DNA of 64,000 nt, taken from contig OZ220703.1 of the NCBI GenBank assembly GCA_965116535.1, positions 1,037,287-1,101,286 on the forward strand, given 5' to 3'. Made by a program: the position numbers and the translations under genes. The notes below the pieces were generated by a model that was given only the letters and a program-made list of their open reading frames with translations, was not told the DNA's origin and did no database searches. The stretch comes from Acidimicrobiales bacterium. GTDB taxonomy: Bacteria > Actinomycetota > Acidimicrobiia > Acidimicrobiales > Bin134. This document shows positions 50,653 through 60,336 of the stretch, piece after piece; the first letter of the stretch is position 1; each line of letters opens with the position of its first letter.

Positions 50653-51338
50653 CGGGTGTTCCAGTTGATGTCGGCGTCGGGGACCCGAAGGTATATCGGC
50701 TTGAGCTCCCACGGCTTGACAAATTCCTCCCGCAGAGCCCGGGCGTGTGCCAATTGCACCAACGAGGCAGCGGAGGGGTGGGCCAAGTCTTGTTCAGCGA
50801 TTTCGGTTTTCTGGAGTCGGTCGAACACCTCCGCGTAGCGCCGGGCCCCGTCGCCCACCAGCAGTACCTCGTCGCTGGTGGCGAGCAACTCGGAGGCCAG
50901 ATCGTCGGGAGTGCCCACCTGAGCCTCGGAAACGCGCTGGATTCCGCCGGGCACTTGACGGTAGAAGGCATAGAACAGCTCACTGCGCCGGGCGTCGATG
51001 GCGGCCACGATCAACCGGTTGGTGTGGCGCACCGCGAAGGCCAGCAGATCGAGGCTGGACACCCCGATCATGGGTACCCCGAGGGCATAGGCCACCGCCA
51101 TGGCGCTAGAAATACCCACCCGCAGGCCGGTGTACAGGCCGGGTCCGAGATCCACAGCCACGCAACCCACATCTTTCAGCTCGATCCGGGCCTGGCGGGT
51201 CACAAACTGGATTTGGGGGGCGATGGACTCGGCATGACGGCGCCCTCGGGCGCTGTGGGCCGAAGCCAGCACCCCCTCGTGCCCGCCAAGGGCGCAACCC
51301 ACTTGCTGCGTGGCCGACTCGATGCCCAAGATCAACAT
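50649..51338 (-). CDS. tsaB: tRNA threonylcarbamoyladenosine biosynthesis protein TsaB
   Basis: MLILGIESATQQVGCAL..., GPGLYTGLRVGIS. The ATG at 51338 is preferred over the TTG at 51356. Confidence 0.85.
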   Translation of the reverse strand: MLILGIESATQQVGCALGGHEGVLASAHSARGRRHAESIAPQIQFVTRQARIELKDVGCVAVDLGPGLYTGLRVGISSAMAVAYALGVPMIGVSSLDLLAFAVRHTNRLIVAAIDARRSELFYAFYRQVPGGIQRVSEAQVGTPDDLASELLATSDEVLLVGDGARRYAEVFDRLQKTEIAEQDLAHPSAASLVQLAHARALREEFVKPWELKPIYLRVPDADINWNTR

Positions 51339-51835
51339 GTTGAGTCGTCCATCCAATGGGCCACCGCGGTGCCCACTGCCTGGGTCCGGTCTTGCCAGCT
51401 AGGTCCAACCGGGGTGAGCGCTATCACCCGCTCGTCTGGAGCGGTGTCAAGGGTGTCGACGAAAGTTAGAGCAACTTCGAGGTAGTTGTTGGGTAGGGCT
51501 TGGCGGATGGCGTCGCCCCACTCAATAAGGATGACTCCATCGCTGTCGAGCAGCTCAGGCAGGCCCAAATCGAGTACCTCGGCGATCTGGTCGAGGCGGA
51601 AGACGTCGAGGTGATGGAGCAGCAACCGCCCGTGGTATTCGCGGGCCAGAGTAAAGGTGGGGCTGGTCACCGGCTCGCCAATGCCCAAGGCGGCGGCGAA
51701 TCCCTGGGCGAAAGTGGTCTTGCCAGCGCCCAAGTCGCCCACCAGCAGTATCAGGTCACCGGGTTGGACCAATTCGACCAGGCTGGCGGCCAGGTTCTTC
51801 GTGTCCTCAGGTGATCGAGTGCGGGCTCGGATCAT
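51332..51835 (-). CDS. tsaE: tRNA threonylcarbamoyladenosine biosynthesis ATPase TsaE
   Basis: Walker A GDLGAGKTTFAQG, SPTFTL and HLDVFRL motifs. Confidence 0.85.
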   Translation of the reverse strand: MIRARTRSPEDTKNLAASLVELVQPGDLILLVGDLGAGKTTFAQGFAAALGIGEPVTSPTFTLAREYHGRLLLHHLDVFRLDQIAEVLDLGLPELLDSDGVILIEWGDAIRQALPNNYLEVALTFVDTLDTAPDERVIALTPVGPSWQDRTQAVGTAVAHWMDDSTC

Positions 51836-52404
51836 TCGGAAATCGCCATGCGGGCTCGGACCAGATCAGAGCGCATCTGGGCTTCTTGGAGGCCACCCCC
51901 TCGCAACACCGCGGCCGGGTGGTAGGTGGGGATAATGACCGCGCCAGAGCTGTCCATGCCCTCCATCGGGTAGCTCTGGCCGCGCAGCTTGGTGATCCCG
52001 GTTTTTGTGTCCAGCAGCAGCTTGGAGGAGAAGTTGCCCAATGTCACCACCACCCTTGGGGCGATGAGCTCGACTTGTTGCTCCAGCCAAGGGCGGCAGG
52101 CAGCAATCTCGTCGGGTTTGGGATCTCGATTGTCGGGAGGGCGGCACTTGACCACGTTGGCTATATAGCACTGATCGCGGGTAAGCCCGATCTCCTCTGC
52201 CATCAGCCGGTCGAGCAGCTTGCCTGAACGGCCCACAAAAGGAAGGCCCTGCTTGTCTTCTTCAGCGCCGGGTCCCTCGCCCACGAACATGAGGTCGGCG
52301 GTGGGGTTGCCCATGCCAAATACCACCTGGGTCCGGCCTTCGGCCAGGCCGCACTTGGTGCAGTCCGCCGCTTCGGCGGCGACCTCGGCCAACGTCAACG
52401 TCAC
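51832..52404 (-). CDS. Uracil-DNA glycosylase, family 4
   Basis: [32 protein letters not shown] and the HPAAVLR motif; 4Fe-4S Cys ligands. Confidence 0.85.
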   Translation of the reverse strand: MTLTLAEVAAEAADCTKCGLAEGRTQVVFGMGNPTADLMFVGEGPGAEEDKQGLPFVGRSGKLLDRLMAEEIGLTRDQCYIANVVKCRPPDNRDPKPDEIAACRPWLEQQVELIAPRVVVTLGNFSSKLLLDTKTGITKLRGQSYPMEGMDSSGAVIIPTYHPAAVLRGGGLQEAQMRSDLVRARMAISE

Positions 52405-52425
52405 AGGCCAAGGATACGCCCCCTA

Positions 52426-53406
52426 TTGGTTGAGGAGAACCCTGGATTGAACCGCTTTGTCTCCTTCACTGTTGTGGGACGAGGGTCAATCGGTGCGGTA
52501 CCGTCGGCGGTGATGCTGGGAGTTGGCGGGGGCGTGCTGGTGGGGCACTGGACCGATGAGGCGGCCTGCACAGGATGCACGGTGGTGGTGTTTCCCGAAG
52601 GGACCACAGCTTCGGGAGAGATTCGGGGAGGCGCTCCGGCCACCCGGGATTTTGCCTTGCTGGCACCCGAGCGGACGGTGGGCCAGGTGGACGCAGTGGT
52701 GCTTTCTGGAGGCTCGGCCTTTGGGCTGGCGGCAGCCGACGGGGTGATGCGGTGGTGCGAGGAGCAGGGGCGGGGATTCGAGACTCGAGGGGGCCGGGTG
52801 CCCATCGTGGTGGGTCTGTCGCTCTACGATCTGACCGAAGGCGATGGCCTGGTGCGCCCTGGCCCCGATGCCGGCTACTCCGCCGCCGACGCGGCCAGCG
52901 ATGACCTCCCAACGCTGGGGCGGGTGGGGGCCGGCGCAGGGGCCACCGTGAACAAGTGGCGGGGCGCAAACAACCGCGAGCCTGGCGGGCTGGGCGGTGC
53001 TCTGCTCCAAGTAGACGATGTGGTGGTGGGGGCGCTGGTGGCGCTGAACGCGGCCGGAGAAATCAACGACGGTGCCGTGCAACAGGCGCTGGTCGACGGT
53101 ACCTACGAGCACCAGCCTGCTGATCCGTTTGGCGACGAGGGCGATCCTCAAGCGCCTGCAAACACCACCATCGGGGTGGTGGTGACAAATGCGAAGCTCG
53201 ACAAGCTGGGGTGCTTCCGGTTGGCCCGCAGCGGTCACGCCGGTATGGCCCGGGCGCTATTGCCGGTACACACTGACGGCGACGGTGATGCGTTGGTTGT
53301 GGGGGCAACCGGCCAGGTGGAGGCTGATTTTGGGCTGGTTCGGTTGATGGCCGCGGCCGCCGTGGAGGCATCCATCCGCTCGGTGCGCCAAGATGAAGGC
53401 GAATAA
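52426..53406 (+). CDS. P1 (S58/DmpA) family peptidase
   Basis: [23 protein letters not shown]...[16 protein letters not shown]...SGGSAFGL. Start uncertain (TTG 52426 or GTG 52474). Confidence 0.78.
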   Translation: MVEENPGLNRFVSFTVVGRGSIGAVPSAVMLGVGGGVLVGHWTDEAACTGCTVVVFPEGTTASGEIRGGAPATRDFALLAPERTVGQVDAVVLSGGSAFGLAAADGVMRWCEEQGRGFETRGGRVPIVVGLSLYDLTEGDGLVRPGPDAGYSAADAASDDLPTLGRVGAGAGATVNKWRGANNREPGGLGGALLQVDDVVVGALVALNAAGEINDGAVQQALVDGTYEHQPADPFGDEGDPQAPANTTIGVVVTNAKLDKLGCFRLARSGHAGMARALLPVHTDGDGDALVVGATGQVEADFGLVRLMAAAAVEASIRSVRQDEGE

Positions 53407-53427
53407 CACAGCCAATGGGAGGTTGAG

Positions 53428-54291
53428 ATGAGGGACTTGTCCGGCAAGGTGGCGGTGATCACCGGGGCGGCCAGTGGCATGGGGCGGGCCATGGTGCGCA
53501 AAGCGGCCTCTGAGGGGATGCACGTTCTGGCGGGCGACATCGACGAGGCCGGGCTGGCCGAGACCGTGGGCGGCTTGGAGAATGCCCAGCTAATGCTGAC
53601 CGACGTGACCAGTCCCGACGCCAACGAGGCCCTGGCCAACGCCGCCTTGGAGCGCTTCGGCGGAATCCACTTGGTGCACCTCAATGCCGGGGTGCTCACC
53701 GGCGGGTTCACTTGGGAGAACACGGTGGACGACTGGCGCTGGGTGCTGGACGTGAACCTGTGGGGCGTGATTAACGGCGTGCGCAGCTTCATTCCCCGGA
53801 TGTTGGAGAAAGGCGAAGAAGGCCACGTGGTGATCACCGCCTCAGTTGGTGGGCTCACCTCTGGCGGCCTGCTCGGCCCCTACTCCACCTCAAAGTACGG
53901 GGCGGTGGCCATTGCCGAGTCGCTCCATCGGGAACTGGACATGATCGGAGCGCCGATCGGAGTGTCTTGCCTGTGCCCCGGTCCGGTGGCCACCGGCATA
54001 TTCCGGGCTGAGCGCAACCGCCCCGACACTTATGACGACACCTGCGGTCCCATGTCGGCCGACGCAGAAGCCGCGGCTTTCCACCGAGGCTTGATCAATG
54101 CCATTGATGAGGGAACCGACCCAGCGGAGATTCCTGAGCTGGTCTTCGAATCGGTGAAGGACGACAGGTTCTGGATTTTCCCCCACCCCGATTTCAAGGA
54201 GAGGATCGCGGCCCGCACCGAGTCGATCATGAACGAGACCAATCCTGAGTACACGGTGGGATTGCCAGGCGCGGTAATGCCATCTCGTTAG
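53428..54291 (+). CDS. SDR family oxidoreductase
   Basis: GKVAVITGAASGMGRAM, NAGV, YSTSKYG (YxxxK). Confidence 0.85.
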   Translation: MRDLSGKVAVITGAASGMGRAMVRKAASEGMHVLAGDIDEAGLAETVGGLENAQLMLTDVTSPDANEALANAALERFGGIHLVHLNAGVLTGGFTWENTVDDWRWVLDVNLWGVINGVRSFIPRMLEKGEEGHVVITASVGGLTSGGLLGPYSTSKYGAVAIAESLHRELDMIGAPIGVSCLCPGPVATGIFRAERNRPDTYDDTCGPMSADAEAAAFHRGLINAIDEGTDPAEIPELVFESVKDDRFWIFPHPDFKERIAARTESIMNETNPEYTVGLPGAVMPSR

Positions 54292-55401
54292 TTACATAAA
54301 GCGCAGGGGCACTCGGCGGCCGAGGTGGCAGACGATTTCGTAGGCGACGGTGTCGAGTCGCTCGGCGATCTCGGCGGCGGTGATTTCCTCGTTGCCTTGT
54401 CGCCCCAGGAGGACCACCTCGTCGCCGGGTGACACGGGGTGGTCGAGACCGCAGTCCACCATGGTCTGGTCCATGGTCACCACCCCGGCGATGGGGCATC
54501 GACGGCCGCCGATCAGCACCTCGCCTCCACTCACGCCGAGGCGGCGGGTCCAGCCGTCGGCATAGCCGATGGGGATGGTGGCCAACTGGGTGTCGGCTGG
54601 GGCGGTGTAATGGTGGCCGTACGACACTGGAGTGCCCGCGGTGATGGTTTTCACCATGGCCACCTCGGTGCGCAAGGTCATTGCCGGCTGAAGCGGTAGG
54701 CAGTTGGCCAATGCCGGCGATGGGGGAATGCCATAGATGGCGATCCCACAGCGCACCATGTCGAATCGACCCGCGGGATGCGCCATGGCCACCGCCGAGT
54801 TGGCCAGGTGGCGACAGAAGTCGTGGTGGCCAACAAGCCGCAGCCGCGACAGCAGATGGTTGTACTGCTCAATCTGATAGGCGGTGAACGGGTTGTCGGG
54901 CTCGTCGGCCACGGCGCAGTGGGTCCACACCCCGGCCAGTTCCAAGGTGTCGCGCTCGTCGATGGCGTCAGCCAGTTTCATGACCTCAGTGGACGGTGCG
55001 CCGACTCGGGCCATGCCGGTGTCGACTTTGAGGTGGACGGCCAGGCGCTCGTTGGCGGCGGCCGCGGCCGCGGCCGCGGCCGCCAGACCCTCCCCTTGGT
55101 ACACGGTGGGAGTGAGCCCCAACTCGACAACCTCGGTGAATTCGTTGGGCCGGGGCTCCGACAGCAGGAGAATGGGGCTGCTGATCCCGGCCTCTCGCAG
55201 TTGGCGGCCCTCGTCCACCAGGGCCACGGCCAGGGTGCTTGCGCCCGCGTCCACTGCGGTTCGGGCCACCGGGACCATGCCGTGTCCGTAGGCATCGGCC
55301 TTGACCACCGCACAAAGCTCGACGGGATCCACGAGATCGGCCAAGAGCCTCACGTTGTGGGCGATGGCCGAAAGGTTGATGTCGGCCCAGGTTGGCCTCA
55401 T
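54292..55401 (-). CDS. alr: Alanine racemase
   Basis: MRPTWADINLSAIAHNVR, AVVKADAYGHG (PLP lysine). The ATG at 55401 forms an ATGA overlap with the nnr stop. Contains a run of about 10 Ala encoded by a (GCSGCC)n repeat at about 55054-55084. Confidence 0.9.
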   Translation of the reverse strand: MRPTWADINLSAIAHNVRLLADLVDPVELCAVVKADAYGHGMVPVARTAVDAGASTLAVALVDEGRQLREAGISSPILLLSEPRPNEFTEVVELGLTPTVYQGEGLAAAAAAAAAANERLAVHLKVDTGMARVGAPSTEVMKLADAIDERDTLELAGVWTHCAVADEPDNPFTAYQIEQYNHLLSRLRLVGHHDFCRHLANSAVAMAHPAGRFDMVRCGIAIYGIPPSPALANCLPLQPAMTLRTEVAMVKTITAGTPVSYGHHYTAPADTQLATIPIGYADGWTRRLGVSGGEVLIGGRRCPIAGVVTMDQTMVDCGLDHPVSPGDEVVLLGRQGNEEITAAEIAERLDTVAYEIVCHLGRRVPLRFM

Positions 55402-56810
55402 GTCACCACTCTCTGGGCGACGGTGGCTTCCCATACTTGGGGCAAGACAGAGAGCAGATCGGACGCCTTCGTCGGGGCCAGTGGACAGGCGGTGCCGGCC
55501 CGGCCGTGAAGCCAGGCGGCAGCGGCGGTGGCGTGCATGGGTTCGGCATCGGTACTGAGCAGGCCGCAGATGAGTCCGGCCAGTACGTCGCCGGTGCCAG
55601 CGGTGGCCAGCCGGGCGTCACCGCTGGTTACGGCCAGTGCGTCGCCGCCGGGATGGGCCACCACGGTGGTGGGGCCCTTGAGCAAGACGAGCGCGCCGGT
55701 GGCTGCGGCCAGCGAGCGGGCGGCGGCGAATCGGTCGGCATTGGGAGCCTTCCCGGTGAGCATGCGGTACTCCCCGTCGTGGGGGGTGAGCACGGTTGGG
55801 GCGGTGCGATGGGCTAGCAGTCCAGGCGCATCGGGACCCAGGGCGCTGAGGCCGTCACCGTCCACTACCAGGGGAAGCTGAACCTTGGCGGCGAGATCGC
55901 GCACTGCTTTGACGGTGTTGGGTTGTCGGCCCAATCCGGGCCCGACCAGCACCGACTTGAAGCGGGCCAGTTCGTCGCCATCGACCATCGAAGCCCAATC
56001 ATCAGAGGGTAGGGGGAAGCCGACGGCTTCGGTGGGCGCGGCTGAGCCAGCCAGAAGGTTGGCAGCATCGAGGCCTGGGGTGCTCAACCGCACATAGCCT
56101 GATCCGCCTCGAATTGCGGCGGAGGCGGCCAGATGGGCAGCCCCGGTCATGCCTGGCGACCCCGCGATGACCCAGCAGGCGGTCTTCCACTTGTGGGCCA
56201 CCACGGGCCGCACCGGCAGCCAACGGCTCACGTCGTCGGCGGTAACCAAATGGGTTCGGGCCCCAGAGCTATCAAGGCCGATGGAGGCAACCGTGATCTG
56301 TCCGCAGTGCTGGGCGCCGGGGTGGAGCACCAGTCCGGGTTTGAGCGCGCCGAAGGTGACTGTCTGATCGGCCATCCAGGCGTGGCCGGGGATCTCACCG
56401 GTCAACCCGTTTACCCCCGAGGGGATGTCGGCGGCCAGGATCGGTGCAGCCTGGCCGGGATCGTCGAGCGCGGGAGCTGGCAAGGGTGGGGAATAGGGTC
56501 GACGCAGTCCGGTGCCGTAGGCCGCGTCTATGGCCAGGTGGGCTGGTGGCAGCGAGTCGGGGGGTTCGGCGGCATCGATTACGGCTACCCGCACGCCTCG
56601 GCGCCGCAGCCGCTGGGCGGCGGCCCGTCCGTCGGCACCGTTGTTGCCCTTTCCAGCCAGCACCGTCACCCGCCGCCCGTAGCTTCCCCCCAGCATGCTG
56701 AGCGCGGCTCGGGCCAGCGCGGCCCCGGCCCGCTCGATCAACTCCTCGACAGGCTCAGGAGCGGCGGCGTCGATGGCGGCCATCTCAGCCGGGGTGACGA
56801 TGGGGGTCAT
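55398..56810 (-). CDS. nnr: Bifunctional NAD(P)H-hydrate repair enzyme (epimerase / ADP-dependent dehydratase)
   Basis: N-terminal YjeF_N (VLAGKGNNGADG) and a C-terminal carbohydrate-kinase-like dehydratase domain (GPGLG, GTGDVLAG). Confidence 0.88.
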   Translation of the reverse strand: MTPIVTPAEMAAIDAAAPEPVEELIERAGAALARAALSMLGGSYGRRVTVLAGKGNNGADGRAAAQRLRRRGVRVAVIDAAEPPDSLPPAHLAIDAAYGTGLRRPYSPPLPAPALDDPGQAAPILAADIPSGVNGLTGEIPGHAWMADQTVTFGALKPGLVLHPGAQHCGQITVASIGLDSSGARTHLVTADDVSRWLPVRPVVAHKWKTACWVIAGSPGMTGAAHLAASAAIRGGSGYVRLSTPGLDAANLLAGSAAPTEAVGFPLPSDDWASMVDGDELARFKSVLVGPGLGRQPNTVKAVRDLAAKVQLPLVVDGDGLSALGPDAPGLLAHRTAPTVLTPHDGEYRMLTGKAPNADRFAAARSLAAATGALVLLKGPTTVVAHPGGDALAVTSGDARLATAGTGDVLAGLICGLLSTDAEPMHATAAAAWLHGRAGTACPLAPTKASDLLSVLPQVWEATVAQRVVT

Positions 56811-56835
56811 CTCTAAGGCGTATCCGAACACTGGC

Positions 56836-57423
56836 CTATGGACGCCAGCGTTCGGCCAGATCGGTCAATGACTCCAGCAAGAGGTCTTCGGTGCTGATGT
56901 CACTCAGTCGATCGAGGCGGAAATCGGGCTCGGTTTCGGTGACCTCGTCGCGCAGGGCGGCAAACCGATTCCGGTAGCCCTCCAACACCTGCTGAGCCTT
57001 CTCCGGCGACAGGTGTGGTCGGAATCGCACATGCAAGAGGGTGAGTCCAGTGGTCTGGCGGTCTTTGACCTCGGGGATCAGCACGATGGTCCGGCCGTCG
57101 GAGCGTCCTCGAACTGCTTGAACCTGTCGTTCGATGGCCACCAAGTGCTTGCTGCCCCGCAGGGTGGGATCGCGTTCGGTGCGAGAGGCCAATCCCACAG
57201 TGATGCCACCCCGGTCGATCACATGGATGGTGGTGCTGGGCGATTCCGGGTCGCCGTTGATGCCGTAGCGGATGTAACCGGTGACTTCGGCAATCGCGGG
57301 GTCGAGTGCAGTCAGCGTGCGCAGGGTTTGGTAGCTCAGCTGATGGCGGGGGGCACCGGCGTCGAGGGCGGCTCGGACCAGCGGCAGTTCCAACAACGAC
57401 TCCTCGGCCCGTGAAATCCCCAC
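56836..57423 (-). CDS. Hypothetical 195 aa ORF, possibly the C-terminal continuation of the GlmS-like protein
   Basis: Protein-like composition and no recognised family. Its frame stays open upstream of the GTG at 57423 and there encodes ADPVDAIRHQAKTVTV, the GlmS C-tail motif. Confidence 0.4.
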   Translation of the reverse strand: MGISRAEESLLELPLVRAALDAGAPRHQLSYQTLRTLTALDPAIAEVTGYIRYGINGDPESPSTTIHVIDRGGITVGLASRTERDPTLRGSKHLVAIERQVQAVRGRSDGRTIVLIPEVKDRQTTGLTLLHVRFRPHLSPEKAQQVLEGYRNRFAALRDEVTETEPDFRLDRLSDISTEDLLLESLTDLAERWRP

Positions 57424-60308
57424 CGTGACGGTCTTGGCCTGGTGGCGGATGGCGTCAACCGGGTCAGCTCGCCCACCGCCACGGTGAGCATGGCGGTGAG
57501 GTCTTCCAACACAACCGCGGGAGTGCCCACTCGTCCCCGCTCCAGTTGGTAGGCATCGAGCGGAGCGATGCCCAGGGCATAGCGGTACATGGAGGCCATC
57601 TCAGCAGCGGTGCCGGCTTCTAGGCACCCGTTGTAGCGGCCTTGGCGCAAATCTTGGAAGAACTGCTGGGCCGAAGGAGTGAACTGAGAGCGGAGCTTTT
57701 CCAGCAAGCGCTGGCTGTCGAGGCCGGCGTTGCTGTCAGCGGCGCTGGCGGCTACTTCGGATTCAATGGCCGCCCGGGTCTCCCGCAGGGGCTGGGCCAG
57801 CTCGTCAATGGCCAGCGCCGCCTCGTAGCTGAACAGGTGGCCCACCATGGTGGCCAGCACGAAGGCCAGTTCAGGGGAGGCGGTGGTTGGGGTGGAGATC
57901 ACCTCCGCGGCAGCGTCGAATCGGGCCCCAGTTCCGCTGGTGATCACTATGGGCGCGGCCTTATGGGCTCGGAAGATGGCCACCTCTTTGGCCACGTCGT
58001 GGGCGGTGGAGTCGAGCAGCCCGGCGGCGCACACCAGAATCATCGGTTCTGAGGACAGATCGATGTGCTTTTTGTCTTCGGTGGTGTCGCAGGCGATGGA
58101 CTTGTAGCACAGCTCGGAGAGCTTGATCCGCACCTCTTCGGCCGCCACTCGATTGAGCCCATTGCCCACCACGGCCCAATAGGTTCGACCGAGGGCGTGG
58201 CGGCGGACGATGTCGGCAATGCGGCTGTGAAAGCCCAGCACTTCGACCATCGCCTCGGGAAGGTCGCTCAACGACGTGAGCAGTTGCTGGCGCCGCTCGT
58301 ACTGCCGGGAATCGGCTGGCTGGTTGCCGTTGGCCGCGTCGGCCAGGGCCACGGCCAACAGCATCCCCGCGGCCACTTGGGAGTAGAACGCCTTGGTGGA
58401 GGCCACGCTCATCTCCACGTCTCGGCCGTCAGAGGTGTACATCACCCCGTCGGCCTTGTCGCAGAGGTCGCTGTTGCGCCGGTTGACCACGGCGATGACC
58501 GCGGCACCCCGGCGCCGAACGAGATCCACGGTTCGATTGGTGTCGGTGGTGGTGCCCGATTGGCTGATGGCAATGACCAGGGTGTCGCTCATGTCGGTCT
58601 GCAAGCCGAACCCCGACAACTCGGTAGCCAAAATCGAGCTGACGTGGCGGTCGGGCAACTCATGGCGCAAGAAGTGGGCCAGGCTGTGGGCCGCCACCGC
58701 GGCGGTGCCCTGGCCGATGACGATGAAATTGCCGATCTGGCCGGTGGCCAGCCGCTGCGCCAAGGAGTCGGGCAGGGTTTCGGGTCCCAACTCCACTGCC
58801 AATCTCGGGCTGGGCTGGTTCTCCTCAGTGCTGACGATTCGACCCCGCAGAGTCTTTCGGAACGACTCGGGCGACTCGGTGATCTCCTTGAGCAGGAAGT
58901 GGGGGAATCCTCGGCGGTCGACATCGCGGGTGGTGATCTCGGCGTCCACGATGTCGGCGTCATTCACCGGCAGCGGCGTACCGTCATAGGAGAAGCGCTG
59001 GACGGCAGTGAGATCGCCGGCGTAGTCGCGGTTCAAGACAGCCACTTGGCCCCGGCTGGCGTCCGCGTTCTGAGAATCGGACGGGGTTTCGCCGTCCATG
59101 CGCAGGTAGCGGCTGGATTGCTCCACGAGGCCGTAGGGCTCGCTGGCCACCACGTAGGCATCCTCGGCCGTGCCGATGTAGAGGGCCTGGCCGCTGCCCC
59201 GCAAGGCCAAGAGCAGTTGGCCGGGATGCGCCGCGGTCTGTCCGACGATGGCCACCGAGCCGTTGAGGTCGGCCACTGTGCGGCGAAACGCGTCGATTGG
59301 GTTGGCCGAGTCGGGCAACCGAACAGACCAGAGGGAGGGGATGACCTTGGCGTCGGTGGTGATGCCGGGGTGTAGGTCTAAGTCGTGGTCGGCCACAAGA
59401 TCGGTGTGGTTGTCGACGTCGCCGTTAAGCGCGGCGATGGTGTAGGGCCGGGAAGGGCCCTCCGCCAGTTCGGAGTTGAGGGGGTGGGCATTGGCCTCGT
59501 TGATCATGCCCACGCTGGCCCAACGGGTGTGCCCGACAACCACCGCAGAGACCTCCTCGGCATCCACCGCTGAGGCCAGTAGTTCATCGGCCGTGATGGC
59601 GGACCGCAGTGCGGCGGTATTGTCACCCAATTCGCCTATTTCCGCAGCGGCCTTGTAGACGAAGCTCAAGCTGTTGTCGGCCCAGCGCACCGAGCCGGTC
59701 CGGAATAGGGGATCGGCGGCCCGCTCGGCCACTGCGGCGGCTATCGCCGGATCGGCAGGATCGAGGGCGTGACCGCTGACCATCACGTGGAGACCGGCGG
59801 AGTCCCGGCCCCGCACTTCCAGGCGATCGAGCGCCGACAGAGCGATCTGCACCGAGCTGAAGGCCGAAAGGGCTCCCATACTGGCATTGGGTCCAGCCAA
59901 CTCGGCAACGGCGTCGGCTGTGTTGAGCCGATCATTCCCGATGGCCCACACCGCGTCCTTCATCTGAACCAGAGCGGCATTCACCGCTTCGGTGGCCCGA
60001 TCGCTCCCCGACCGGTCGAGGTCGGCTTCCAAGGTGCTGATGAGTCGATTGATCTCGCTCAGCGTGGCTCCGATGGTGGCCCGTAGCGGCTTCTCGCTGA
60101 GCAGCGCCTGAAGGCCGGCGGTGCCCTGAAGCAAGCGGTCGGCTTGAGCCAGGTTGGAGGCTGCCGCCCCGATACCCCCGGCAAGATCGCCGGTTCCGCT
60201 CAGGTCGCGCAAAGCCACGACCACCGGGCTCAAAAGGTCGAGGACCTCGGCCGAGGTCGGAGGAACACGCCGAGACCAGCGCCGGACCACCGCGACAATG
60301 CCGCACAT
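57336..60308 (-). CDS. Atypical long glutamine--fructose-6-phosphate aminotransferase-like protein (Ntn glutaminase + 2 SIS modules + two large insertions)
   Basis: The start MCGIVAVV at 60308 (Cys right after Met) is 28 nt after glmM. Motifs present: LEVRGRDSAGL, HTRWASVG, NGDVDNH, TDAKVIP, FLLKEITESP, SQSGTTTDT, VASTKAF. About 990 aa versus about 610-620 aa for canonical GlmS. The last roughly 40 residues of this frame are Arg/Pro/Trp-rich and overlap the next ORF by 88 nt. Confidence 0.7.
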   Translation of the reverse strand: MCGIVAVVRRWSRRVPPTSAEVLDLLSPVVVALRDLSGTGDLAGGIGAAASNLAQADRLLQGTAGLQALLSEKPLRATIGATLSEINRLISTLEADLDRSGSDRATEAVNAALVQMKDAVWAIGNDRLNTADAVAELAGPNASMGALSAFSSVQIALSALDRLEVRGRDSAGLHVMVSGHALDPADPAIAAAVAERAADPLFRTGSVRWADNSLSFVYKAAAEIGELGDNTAALRSAITADELLASAVDAEEVSAVVVGHTRWASVGMINEANAHPLNSELAEGPSRPYTIAALNGDVDNHTDLVADHDLDLHPGITTDAKVIPSLWSVRLPDSANPIDAFRRTVADLNGSVAIVGQTAAHPGQLLLALRGSGQALYIGTAEDAYVVASEPYGLVEQSSRYLRMDGETPSDSQNADASRGQVAVLNRDYAGDLTAVQRFSYDGTPLPVNDADIVDAEITTRDVDRRGFPHFLLKEITESPESFRKTLRGRIVSTEENQPSPRLAVELGPETLPDSLAQRLATGQIGNFIVIGQGTAAVAAHSLAHFLRHELPDRHVSSILATELSGFGLQTDMSDTLVIAISQSGTTTDTNRTVDLVRRRGAAVIAVVNRRNSDLCDKADGVMYTSDGRDVEMSVASTKAFYSQVAAGMLLAVALADAANGNQPADSRQYERRQQLLTSLSDLPEAMVEVLGFHSRIADIVRRHALGRTYWAVVGNGLNRVAAEEVRIKLSELCYKSIACDTTEDKKHIDLSSEPMILVCAAGLLDSTAHDVAKEVAIFRAHKAAPIVITSGTGARFDAAAEVISTPTTASPELAFVLATMVGHLFSYEAALAIDELAQPLRETRAAIESEVAASAADSNAGLDSQRLLEKLRSQFTPSAQQFFQDLRQGRYNGCLEAGTAAEMASMYRYALGIAPLDAYQLERGRVGTPAVVLEDLTAMLTVAVGELTRLTPSATRPRPSRWGFHGPRSRCWNCRWSEPPSTPVPPAIS

Positions 60309-60336
60309 CTCGCCCAAGGTTAGTGGTGTGTCGCCG

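Noticed and set aside
55054-55084. (GCSGCC)n microsatellite giving about 10 consecutive Ala in alanine racemase, and the GGM repeats at the GroEL C-terminus (about 46991-47030).
   Set aside because: Low-complexity runs of this kind are common in GC-rich genomes, and the GGM tail is canonical for GroEL. No sign of frame disruption.
60309-60336. A glmS ribozyme or leader upstream of the GlmS-like gene.
   Set aside because: Only 28 nt separate the glmM stop from the MCGIV start, far too short for the roughly 170-nt ribozyme. The gene is evidently co-transcribed with glmM.
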